Assembly: GCA_903917705.1 (NCBI GenBank)
Contig: CAIXBQ010000133.1
Coordinates: forward strand, 652 to 64,651
Direction: 5' to 3'
Length of the DNA stretch: 64,000 nt
From: an uncultured Verrucomicrobia subdivision 3 bacterium
GTDB taxonomy: Bacteria > Verrucomicrobiota > Verrucomicrobiia > Limisphaerales > UBA11358
How positions within the stretch are numbered: position 1 is the stretch's first letter; each line of letters starts with the position of its first letter. Shown here piece by piece: positions 30,219-38,451 of this stretch. The translations under genes were made by a program, and so were the position numbers. Under the pieces are notes generated by a model. The model was not told where the DNA came from. It worked only from the letters and a program-made list of their open reading frames with translations, and searched no databases.

Positions 30219-30838
30219 GCTGGTTTCATGTATTCGGCCAGATGGCCCTGCAATTCTTGCCGCGCGTAAAACAGCCGGGACCGCACCGTCCCGATGTTGC
30301 ACCCCACGATCTCGGCAATTTCGTCGTGCGAGACTCCCTGCACATCATGCAATACCACGACCATTCTGTGAGGTTCTGACAGCTTGAGCAACGCTTCGTT
30401 CAATTTTTTTTGCAGCTCCGCCAGGCCGGCGTCGCGCAGCGGCGTTTTGTCCGAAATCAGCGCCACCAGGTCCGGATCATGCTCCGCGTTGAAATCGAGA
30501 TCGTTGAGGCTCAGGTGGTGCTTGTGCTTGCGCTGTTTCAGGAAATTGATCGTCTTGTTGACCGCGATCCGGTAGAGCCACGTGTAAAAACTGGACCCGC
30601 CCTTGAACGATTTCAGCGCCTGGAACGCCTTGATGAACGATTCCTGCGCCAGGTCGTTGGCGTCCTCGTGGTTGGACGTCATGTGGTAGATCGTCGCGTA
30701 AATCCGCTCCTGATAACGCTTCACCAATTCGTCGTAGGCGTTCAAGTCGCCGCGCCGGGCTTTGCGCACCAGATCGCCTTCCAGCGTGGCGGCGGGGGTG
30801 CTGGGTTCCGGGATTGAGGCGGGCTCGGTCATACTCAT
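30215..30838 (-). CDS. ECF RNA polymerase sigma factor
   Basis: DLAQE.FIKA, SSFYTWLYRIAVN and GTVRSRLFYAR. Confidence 0.92.
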   Translation of the reverse strand: MSMTEPASIPEPSTPAATLEGDLVRKARRGDLNAYDELVKRYQERIYATIYHMTSNHEDANDLAQESFIKAFQALKSFKGGSSFYTWLYRIAVNKTINFLKQRKHKHHLSLNDLDFNAEHDPDLVALISDKTPLRDAGLAELQKKLNEALLKLSEPHRMVVVLHDVQGVSHDEIAEIVGCNIGTVRSRLFYARQELQGHLAEYMKPA

Positions 30839-31878
30839 TGAACCGTCAGCGCCCCGGTTTGTTGCGCCAGAAAATCAGTCAGCTGCAGCAGGCCTTTCGC
30901 CCCGGCCGACGCCGGCAGCGCCCGCAACGCCCCCCGCGCCTGCTCCAGGTATTTCCCGATGGCCTTGATGGACGGGTCAAACGTCTCGTATTTCACCAGC
31001 AGCGCCTTCACCGGCGCAAAATTTTCCGGCTGCCAGTGGGTGATCAGCTTTTCCAGGTCCGCGCGGTCCTTGGCGTCGGCGTTTTCCCAGGCCAGCAGCA
31101 CCGGCCAAGTGAGCTTGCCCTTGGCCAGGTCCGTGCCCAGCGACTTGCCCGCCTCGGCCTCCGTGCCAAACAGGTCCACGCAGTCGTCATAGACCTGATA
31201 GGCCGTGCCGACCGCCGCGCCAAACCCGCGCAGCGCCGCCCGCTGCTCCAGTTTCGCGCCGCTCAAAAACGCCGCCAGGTCGCACGAAAGCGTGAACAGC
31301 TCGCCGGTCTTCATTTCCATCACGCGGAAATAATCGCGGCGCGATGCCGGGAAGTTCCGCCGTTGCTGCGTCTGTAAGATCTCGCCGGAACACACCGTGT
31401 TTGTCGCCTGCGACACCGCCCGGCAGACATCCGTCGTGGGAAAGCTCGAGGCCAGGATCAGCGCCTTCGCGAACAGGCAGTCGCCGAACAACACCGCCAC
31501 TTCGTTGCCCCATTTCGCCGCGACCGTCGGGCTGCCGCGCCGGATTTCCGCCTCGTCCATCACGTCGTCGTGGACGAGCGTGGCCAGGTGGACCATCTCG
31601 ATGATGACCGCCGCCGTCACGTGGGCTTCCGCCGGCTGGCCGAAGCACCCGGACGCCAGCGCCACCAGCGTGGGGCGCAGGTTTTTGCCGCCGTTGTTCA
31701 GCGCGTGCTCCGCGTACGGCACGATTTGGGGATCAAACTCCCGCGCCTGCCGCATCAACTGCTGCGTCACCGCATGGAGAAACGGCTCCACCGGTTCCAC
31801 AATTGTCTTCCAGGAACGGGCGGGGTCTGAAATTTGTCCGACATGGGAACACACCACTTTGGATTCAGCAGCCAGCAT
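30835..31878 (-). CDS. Polyprenyl diphosphate synthase
   Basis: GGK.LRP, HDDVMD....RRG, YQ.YDD..D and GK..GTDL..GK.T. Confidence 0.9.
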   Translation of the reverse strand: MLAAESKVVCSHVGQISDPARSWKTIVEPVEPFLHAVTQQLMRQAREFDPQIVPYAEHALNNGGKNLRPTLVALASGCFGQPAEAHVTAAVIIEMVHLATLVHDDVMDEAEIRRGSPTVAAKWGNEVAVLFGDCLFAKALILASSFPTTDVCRAVSQATNTVCSGEILQTQQRRNFPASRRDYFRVMEMKTGELFTLSCDLAAFLSGAKLEQRAALRGFGAAVGTAYQVYDDCVDLFGTEAEAGKSLGTDLAKGKLTWPVLLAWENADAKDRADLEKLITHWQPENFAPVKALLVKYETFDPSIKAIGKYLEQARGALRALPASAGAKGLLQLTDFLAQQTGALTVQ

Positions 31879-32039
31879 CCCGTGCAATTTACTTTCGTAA
31901 CGCAGGCGAGTCAAACTTGTTATACTTTGCATCAGTCGGAATCAGGTCCGCCCGGCGCGTCCGGCAACAGTTTGGCTTGAATTTTCCGCGCCGCGCCGCA
32001 TCATGGGCTTATCCGGCCCCGATAAATCCGTCCGCCAAA

Positions 32040-33124
32040 ATGAAAACGAACAAACTGACCGTGCCCATTTCGATGACCGCCACGCTGGCGTTCATCATCA
32101 CCTGCTCATTGAGTTGCGGCAAACGTAACGCCGCGCCGGGTGATCTGCCGCCTATTCCGGAACCCGTGCCGACCAACGCCCCCGCCGATGGCGCGGCCCC
32201 CGCCCCGGCCACCAACGCCGACGCCGTCGCGCCCGCCAATCCCGACCCCTCCGGCGCCCCTACCGCTGTGGCCACCACCAATCCGCCCGGAGTCACCCCG
32301 ACGCCCGCCCCCGCGCCGGAACCCGCCCCACTTTGCCCGTCACGCCAGCCACCACCAAGGTGGTCGTGATGCCCGCCGCCCCGCCCGTCGCCCCGACCAA
32401 TTTTTATTCCGCGGACATCGCCAAGAACCACCAGTGCTGCGCCGCGTACGCCACCAATCAGGATTATTATTTCCGGTTCCGCGCCGGCTACCAGCACATC
32501 AACCACGGCGACAACAACGACACCTGGTTCGCCAGCGTCAAGTTCTACGCCCGCCCCGACGCCCTCCGCGAGCGCGCCGGCAAAAACGCCTGGCTCATCC
32601 CCGATGCCGAAGCCGAACTTTCCCACGAATATCTCGCCAAGAACGACGCCAGCGCCTCCCCCGGCTCCGGCGAAGGCATGGCCCTCCGCGCGTATCTCTT
32701 CTGGCCGTGGATGCACTGGACCACGCGGTTTCTCTCCTGCACGAACTCCGTCTGCTCCTTCTGCGAGCCGCACACCTTCGCCCTCGGCCCGACCGCCAAC
32801 GTCGGCTTTGAGCAGCTGTTCGACGGCACGAGCGGCCGGTTCGCCCGCTACGGCGGCGCGCGGCTGACTTTCGACCGCGACGGCTTCATCGAATACACCC
32901 TGGGCGCCACCGACGGGCTTGCCTCCGGCCGCCAGCAGGCCGTGGTGGAACTGCCCCTCTATACCAGCCGCGACGGCGAAGTCCGCTATGTCATCCGCGG
33001 CCTGTGGAACCGGGGCAATCATTCCTATCCCGACGAGCTGCAAGGCGGCCTCTTTTTGGAAATGCCCTTTGCCTTCATCGCCACGCCTTCCAAGTGGAGC
33101 GACCTGATCCCGTTCCGGAAATAA
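32040..33124 (+). CDS. Putative lipoprotein with Pro-rich linker and beta-rich C-domain, frameshifted at about 32326-32329
   Basis: MKTNK...SLSCG lipobox-like start; adding one C to the CCCC run joins ..PEPAP to TLPVTPATTK.. of ORF 32333-33124. Confidence 0.6.
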
Positions 33125-33142
33125 TCTGACCCCCTTTCGGGC

Positions 33143-33175
33143 CCCGGAGGAAACTTGTTTTCCTCCGGGTTTTTT
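33143..33175 (+). terminator. Intrinsic terminator
   Basis: CCCGGAGGAAA/TTTCCTCCGGG stem followed by T6. Confidence 0.85.
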
Positions 33176-33401
33176 GTTCCTTAAACCGGAACTGGCGGTA
33201 TTCAGCCAAGTGACATTTCGATCAACCGTGGCAATCGCGACCAGACCTATGTGGACCAGATGAAGGCCCACTTTGCCAGACCCCGCCGACGGCCTAAAAT
33301 CCTCTGCCAAAGCATCTTGAACCCGGATGAAAAGGCCGATTTACCCCCGCCAGCCGGATTCAAGCCCCCTCCAAACCGCCTGATTGACCTCAAACGCCTC
33401 C

Positions 33402-33595
33402 CACGGCAATCAATTGCCGCCCACGGCAGATGAGTCCCGTACACGGCAAATGAGTGCCCCCGCACGGGATATGAGTGCCGCACACGGCAGATGGGCGCCG
33501 TCCACGGGATATGAGTGCCGTACAGGGCGGATGGGTGCCGTACACGGCAGATGAGCGCCCCCCACGGCAAATGGACCCCGTCCGGGGCAAATGAC
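33402..33595. repeat. Tandem array of about 10 palindromic 20-bp units (consensus CACGGCAGATGAGTGCCGTA)
   Basis: Unit starts at 33402, 33422, 33442, 33463, 33483, 33503, 33523, 33543, 33563, 33583; ACGGCA/TGCCGT dyad. Confidence 0.88.
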
Positions 33596-33610
33596 CGGCG
33601 GCTAAAATGA

Positions 33611-33689
33611 TGGGGCGAGCGTTCCCGCGAGCCAGTTTTCGCAGGGTGGCCCGCCGCAAGGTGCGGCTTGCGGGGACGCTCGCCCACCA
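33611..33689. repeat. REPIN-like element, same family as 9488-9614
   Basis: TGGGGCGAGCGTTCCCGCGAGCC ... GGCTTGCGGGGACGCTCGCCCACCA; shares the spacer GGTGGCCCGCCGC. Confidence 0.8.
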
Positions 33690-33798
33690 GTCCTGCTCTT
33701 TTCGGTCTCAAAATCCGGATGGACAGAGACTTCTTTCACAAATAGAGTCAAACCATGAAACCGGATTGGCTGCACCACGCGCCGGACATGAGTTCTTA

Positions 33799-34233
33799 AT
33801 GAAATTCACCCCCATTATTCTGGTCGGATTGGCAGCGTTGCTTTCAGGCTGTATCCCATTAAGGCAGGAGGCTCGCGTGAAAGGGCCAAACCATCCGTGG
33901 CTGATGTTGTATGACGAACGGTATTTATTGACGGACATTAATCTGAATCGTGAAACGATTAACACAAACCAGTCATACGCCGAATCTCCTGCCGGCAAAC
34001 GATACACCTTTCTGGTCCAGCCGCATCAATATGACATCACCCAGAAGCGGGATTATTTGAGTGCCGAATTGCATCCGGTTGCGGCAGACGGTTCACTGCT
34101 TGGGGGATGGCGGAGCGGCATTTGGTCTTTTCATTTCGTTCTAGAAACAAATCGGACAACTCAAATCATTGACCACCAGTGGAAGTATTGGTTTTTTTAC
34201 TATAACCCTATAATCCACGGTGCACCAAATTAG
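33799..34233 (+). CDS. Hypothetical lipoprotein
   Basis: MKFTPIILVGLAALLSGC lipobox; AT-richer than flanks. Confidence 0.7.
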   Translation: MKFTPIILVGLAALLSGCIPLRQEARVKGPNHPWLMLYDERYLLTDINLNRETINTNQSYAESPAGKRYTFLVQPHQYDITQKRDYLSAELHPVAADGSLLGGWRSGIWSFHFVLETNRTTQIIDHQWKYWFFYYNPIIHGAPN

Positions 34234-34282
34234 AGCTGTCATGAGCCAAGGCTGCGCGTCCCTTTGACCGATTTCCCTAAAC

Positions 34283-34319
34283 AAAAAAAGCGCGGACGGC
34301 TTTCGCCATCCGCGCTTTT
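34283..34319 (-). terminator. pnp terminator (possibly bidirectional)
   Basis: AAAAGCGCGGA..TCCGCGCTTTT stem with an A7 run on the + strand. Confidence 0.85.
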
Positions 34320-34334
34320 GAATTTCTTGGCTGA

Positions 34335-36476
34335 TTAGGCCTTGGGCGCTTCGGGCGCCGCGGCTTCTTTGTCGCGGTCTTCCATGGCGGCCTTGCGCGA
34401 GAGCCGCACGCGGCCCTTTTCATCCACGCCCAGGCATTTCACGGTGATGTCATCGCCGACCTTGCAGATGTCTTCGGTGTTTTTCACGCGGAAATTCGCC
34501 AGTTCGCTGATGTGCACCAGGCCGTCCTTGCCCGGCAGGAATTCGACGAACGCGCCGAATTCCTTCACGGTCACCACTTTGCCGCGGTAGATCTTGCCGA
34601 TCTCGGCCTCGGCGGTCATGCCGCTGATGGCGTCCACGGCAATCTTCATGCCCTCCGCCGAAACGGAGAAGATGTTGACGGTGCCATCGTCCTCGATGTC
34701 GATCTCGCAGCCGGATTCCTCCACGAGGCGCTTGATGTTCTTGCCGCCGGGCCCGATGATCGCGCCGATCTTCTCGGGGTTGACCTTGAGGGTGGTGATG
34801 CGCGGGGCGTATTTGCTGATCTCCTTGCGCGGCTCGGCAATGGTCTTGGCCATTTCGCCGAGAATGGCGAGGCGGGCGATGCGGGCTTTTTCCACCGCGA
34901 TCTCCATGATGGCGTGCGGGAGACCTTTGAGCTTCAAGTCGAGCTGGAAGCCGGTGATGCCCTTCTCGGTGCCGGCAATCTTGCAGTCCATGTCGCAATA
35001 CGCGTCTTCCCAGCCGATGATGTCGGTGAGGAGCTGGTATTTGGAGATGCTGTCGCCGCTGTATTCGGTGCAGATGCCGACGCTGATGCCGGCCACCGGG
35101 CGGATCATCGGAACCCCGGCGTCGAGCAGCGCGAGTGTGCCGCCGCAGACGGACGCCATCGAGGTGGAACCGTTGGATTCCATGATCTCGCTGGTCACGC
35201 GGATGGTGTAGGGATAGTTCGCCGAGGGAATCATGGATTCAATCGAGCGTTCGGCGAGGGCGCCGTGGCCGATTTCGCGGCGGCCGGGACCGCTGATGCG
35301 GCCGGTTTCGCCGACGGAGAAATTCGGGAAGTTGTAGTGCAGGATGAACTTCTTCTCGTTCGAGCCGCCGGTGTAGGAATCAAATTCCTGCGTGTCGTCG
35401 CCGGTGCCGAGCGTGACGAGCGAAACAGCCTGCGTTTCGCCACGGGCGAACAACGCGGAACCGTGCGCGCGCGGCAGGATGCTGACTTCGCTGGAGATCG
35501 GACGGACCTGTTCAAAATTGCGGCCGTCGAGGCGCTTGCCGCTTTCGAGGATCAATTTGCGGACGGCTTCCTTCTGGATGTAGTAGAACGCGTCGTTGAT
35601 GACGAAGGGGGTGACCTTTTCGGCGCCGAATTTGGCGACGAGCTTTTCGCCGACTTCGTTCTTGATGGCGTTGCACGCGGCTTCGCGGTTGAGCTTGCCG
35701 GGCAGGAGCAGCGCGGGAACGAAACGGTCGCCGGCGAGCGCTTTCGCATCGGCGAGGATTTCGTCGGGGACAATCTTGAGCGTGATTTCGCGCTTCTTCT
35801 TGCCGACCTTCGCGACCAGTGCCTTCTGCGCGGCGATGATCGGCTGGATGGCTTCCTGGGCGAATTTCAGCGCGGCGCTGAAGTCGGCTTCGGAGATTTC
35901 CTTGGCCGCGCCTTCATACATGACAATGTCTTTTTCGTTGCCGACATAGACGAGGTCGAGATCGCTCTCGGCCTGTTCGGCGTGCGTGGGGTTCGCCACG
36001 AACTTGCCGCCGATGCGGCCGATGCGCGCCGCGCCCAGGGGGCCGGCCCACGGAATGTCGCTGACCATCAACGCGGCACTCGCGCCGACGATGCTCAAAA
36101 TATCGGGATCGTTCTCGCCATCCGCGCTCAAAAGCACGGTCTGGACCTGCACTTCGTTATACCAGCCCTTCGGAAAGAGCGGGCGGATCGGGCGGTCGGT
36201 GAGGCGGCAGGTGAGGATTTCCTTTTCCGTCGGCCGGCCTTCGCGCTTGAAGTAGCCGCCGGGGAATTTTCCGGCCGCGGCCGCCTTCTCGCGGTAGTCC
36301 ACGGTCAGGGGGAAGAAGTCCTGGCCTTCCTTGGCCTTGGTCGCGGCCACGGCGGCCACGATGACGATGGTTTCGCCCATCTGGACGGTCACGGCGCCGT
36401 CGGCCTGCTTGGCCAGTTTGCCCGACTCGATGATGATCTGTTTGTCGCCGATGGCGGCGGTAATTTTCTCTGACAT
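34335..36476 (-). CDS. pnp: Polynucleotide phosphorylase
   Basis: [29 protein letters not shown]; KH and S1 domains. Confidence 0.97.
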   Translation of the reverse strand: MSEKITAAIGDKQIIIESGKLAKQADGAVTVQMGETIVIVAAVAATKAKEGQDFFPLTVDYREKAAAAGKFPGGYFKREGRPTEKEILTCRLTDRPIRPLFPKGWYNEVQVQTVLLSADGENDPDILSIVGASAALMVSDIPWAGPLGAARIGRIGGKFVANPTHAEQAESDLDLVYVGNEKDIVMYEGAAKEISEADFSAALKFAQEAIQPIIAAQKALVAKVGKKKREITLKIVPDEILADAKALAGDRFVPALLLPGKLNREAACNAIKNEVGEKLVAKFGAEKVTPFVINDAFYYIQKEAVRKLILESGKRLDGRNFEQVRPISSEVSILPRAHGSALFARGETQAVSLVTLGTGDDTQEFDSYTGGSNEKKFILHYNFPNFSVGETGRISGPGRREIGHGALAERSIESMIPSANYPYTIRVTSEIMESNGSTSMASVCGGTLALLDAGVPMIRPVAGISVGICTEYSGDSISKYQLLTDIIGWEDAYCDMDCKIAGTEKGITGFQLDLKLKGLPHAIMEIAVEKARIARLAILGEMAKTIAEPRKEISKYAPRITTLKVNPEKIGAIIGPGGKNIKRLVEESGCEIDIEDDGTVNIFSVSAEGMKIAVDAISGMTAEAEIGKIYRGKVVTVKEFGAFVEFLPGKDGLVHISELANFRVKNTEDICKVGDDITVKCLGVDEKGRVRLSRKAAMEDRDKEAAAPEAPKA

Positions 36477-36649
36477 AGCTGACTTTCTAGCCCGCCACCC
36501 CCAGAGGAACTTCAGTGAACCCCGAACGGATTCGGAGCTGAATGAAATTTCCCGAAGGCGGCGGAATTTTCTACGCGAGCTTGTTTGGTTGAGGACTCCG
36601 GCCGTTCGCGTGGCCAGCTGGATTCCAGAAACGAATGGCGGGCTTGAAG

Positions 36650-36688
36650 AAAAAAAGCCGCGCCATCCGAAAATTAATGGCGCAGCTT
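36650..36688 (-). terminator. rpsO terminator overlapping the stop codon
   Basis: Minus strand GCTGCGCCAT..ATGGCGCGGC followed by T7. Confidence 0.7.
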
Positions 36689-36931
36689 GAGCTTCTTGGT
36701 GACCGTCTGGTAGCGGCCCAGGTCGGTGTGCTGCAGGTAATCGAGCAGGCGGCGGCGCTGGCCGACCATCATCAGCAGCCCCCGGCGGGAGCTGTGATCC
36801 TTCTTGGCGGTCTGCAAATGCTCGGTCAAATGGTTGATGCGGTGCGTGAGCAGCGCGATTTGCACGTCGGCGGAACCCGTGTCCTTGGCGTGCGTCTTGA
36901 ATGTTTCAATCGTCTTTGTCTTCGCTTCCAT
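36674..36931 (-). CDS. rpsO: 30S ribosomal protein S15
   Basis: [12 protein letters not shown] and [21 protein letters not shown]. Confidence 0.97.
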   Translation of the reverse strand: MEAKTKTIETFKTHAKDTGSADVQIALLTHRINHLTEHLQTAKKDHSSRRGLLMMVGQRRRLLDYLQHTDLGRYQTVTKKLKLRH

Positions 36932-36982
36932 AATTAAATGAGTGGAAGAGCATAATTATTCACCATCATGCTGTAAAGCGAA

Positions 36983-38407
36983 TTAAGCGGACAATTGCGA
37001 CCAGTGCCACCCCAGTGTCCGTTTTGTGGCCGGCGTCAGCTTGAAGCGCTCGCCCACCCGCAGTCCCTCCACCCAGAAGATCTCGCCGTCCGCCGTCGCC
37101 GCCACCACTAGCCCGTGGCGGCGCGCGGCGGGGATCTTCGCGTTCACAAACAGGTCCTGCAGCTTCGCCGATGTCGCCAGGCCGATGGGTTGAAAGCGGT
37201 CGCCCGCGCGCCAGTGCCGCAGCGTGATTTCGCCGCCGATTTTGTCCGCGTCAAAAACTTCCGCGCCGGCCTTTTTCTGTGGTGGCCGGAATTTTTTCAG
37301 CGGCCGGCTAGCCCAGCGGATCCTTTGGCCGCCGAAGTCCGCCCGGCCGGCCCGGCCCGTTAATTTAACCCTGCATTCGTCCGCGTCGAACTGGTTGGCA
37401 ACCTGTTCCCGCAATGTGATGGTCCCCGTCGCGGCGCGCGCGACCGACCAGCCGGAGCCGACGCTCACATATTTTCCAGCCGCGGCGCGTAGCTGCTCGA
37501 TCAGCTCAAAATCCGCCGCGACTCCGCGCTCCGCCAGTTGCTGCTGCAGAACCTTCCGCTGGACCGCAACGGGCAGCTGGTTAAAACTGCCGGGGGTGCC
37601 GTGGGGGGGCGCCGGTCTGTTTCCGCTTTCCGCTTGCCGCTTTCCGTTCTGGTTTTCCAGCCACTGCCGCGCCGTCCCGCCCGCAAATTCCGCCTCCGCT
37701 CCGACAATGTCCATCAATCGCAATACCGTCTTATCCAATCCGGGTTGATATTTTTGTCGGAGCAGCGGCAGCAGTTCGTGGCGGATCCGGTTGCGGAGAA
37801 AATCCTTGGAAAGATTTGTCGCGTCGTCGCGAAAGCGGATTTTTTTCTCGCGGGCAAACGCCCGCAGCTCGGCTTTCGTAAGCCCGAGCAGCGGCCGGAC
37901 CAGCGTGACGTTTTTGTCAGCGGGTGAGGGCGAACGCCATTTCATGCCGGCCAGTCCTTCGCCGCCCGCCCCGCGCAGCAGGCGCAAAAAGCCGAGTTCC
38001 ACCTGGTCATCGGCGTGATGCGCCAGCGCGACGACGGAGATTTCCTGCGCCCGCGCCACGCGCGCCAGAAATTCGTGGCGCAGCTTGCGCGCGGCCATCT
38101 CCACTGAGATCTTCGCCTGCCGGGAAAACCCGGCCACGTCGCCGCGCTCGCAGAGACAGGGCAGCCCCAGTTTCTGCGCCGCCCGCCGGACGAGCTTTTC
38201 ATCCGCCGCGCTGGCGCGACCGCGCAATTGGTGATTGAAGTGCGCGACGGATATTTTCCACCGGTTTTGGGGCGCTAGTGAATGGAGTATCTGGAGCAAT
38301 CCCATTGAATCCACCCCGCCGGAAACGGCGATGAGGATTTTTTGCCCGCCCGGCAATAGCCGGCGAAGCTGGACATCGCTTTCGGTGCGCTGGAGAAGGT
38401 CGCTCAC
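36983..38407 (-). CDS. tilS: tRNA(Ile)-lysidine synthetase
   Basis: AVSGGVDS, AHHADDQ.E, RPLL and RNRIR; TilS C-domain. Confidence 0.93.
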   Translation of the reverse strand: MSDLLQRTESDVQLRRLLPGGQKILIAVSGGVDSMGLLQILHSLAPQNRWKISVAHFNHQLRGRASAADEKLVRRAAQKLGLPCLCERGDVAGFSRQAKISVEMAARKLRHEFLARVARAQEISVVALAHHADDQVELGFLRLLRGAGGEGLAGMKWRSPSPADKNVTLVRPLLGLTKAELRAFAREKKIRFRDDATNLSKDFLRNRIRHELLPLLRQKYQPGLDKTVLRLMDIVGAEAEFAGGTARQWLENQNGKRQAESGNRPAPPHGTPGSFNQLPVAVQRKVLQQQLAERGVAADFELIEQLRAAAGKYVSVGSGWSVARAATGTITLREQVANQFDADECRVKLTGRAGRADFGGQRIRWASRPLKKFRPPQKKAGAEVFDADKIGGEITLRHWRAGDRFQPIGLATSAKLQDLFVNAKIPAARRHGLVVAATADGEIFWVEGLRVGERFKLTPATKRTLGWHWSQLSA

Positions 38408-38451
38408 CCGGCCAGCTTGCAGTTTTTCGACGCGCGGGGCAAGCGGTCGGA

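Noticed and set aside
33194-33400. Possible gene remnant (GGIQPSDISINRGNRDQTYVDQMKAHF)
   Set aside because: Protein-like, but no start context or recognisable family; cannot be supported.
33799-34260. Integron cassette (ORF ends ...PN*)
   Set aside because: No RYYYAAC/GTTRRRY attC pair and no integrase visible.
34512-36473. Long antisense ORFs (here and e.g. 24136-25842, 47095-48447, 57606-58967)
   Set aside because: High-GC shadow frames opposite well-supported genes.
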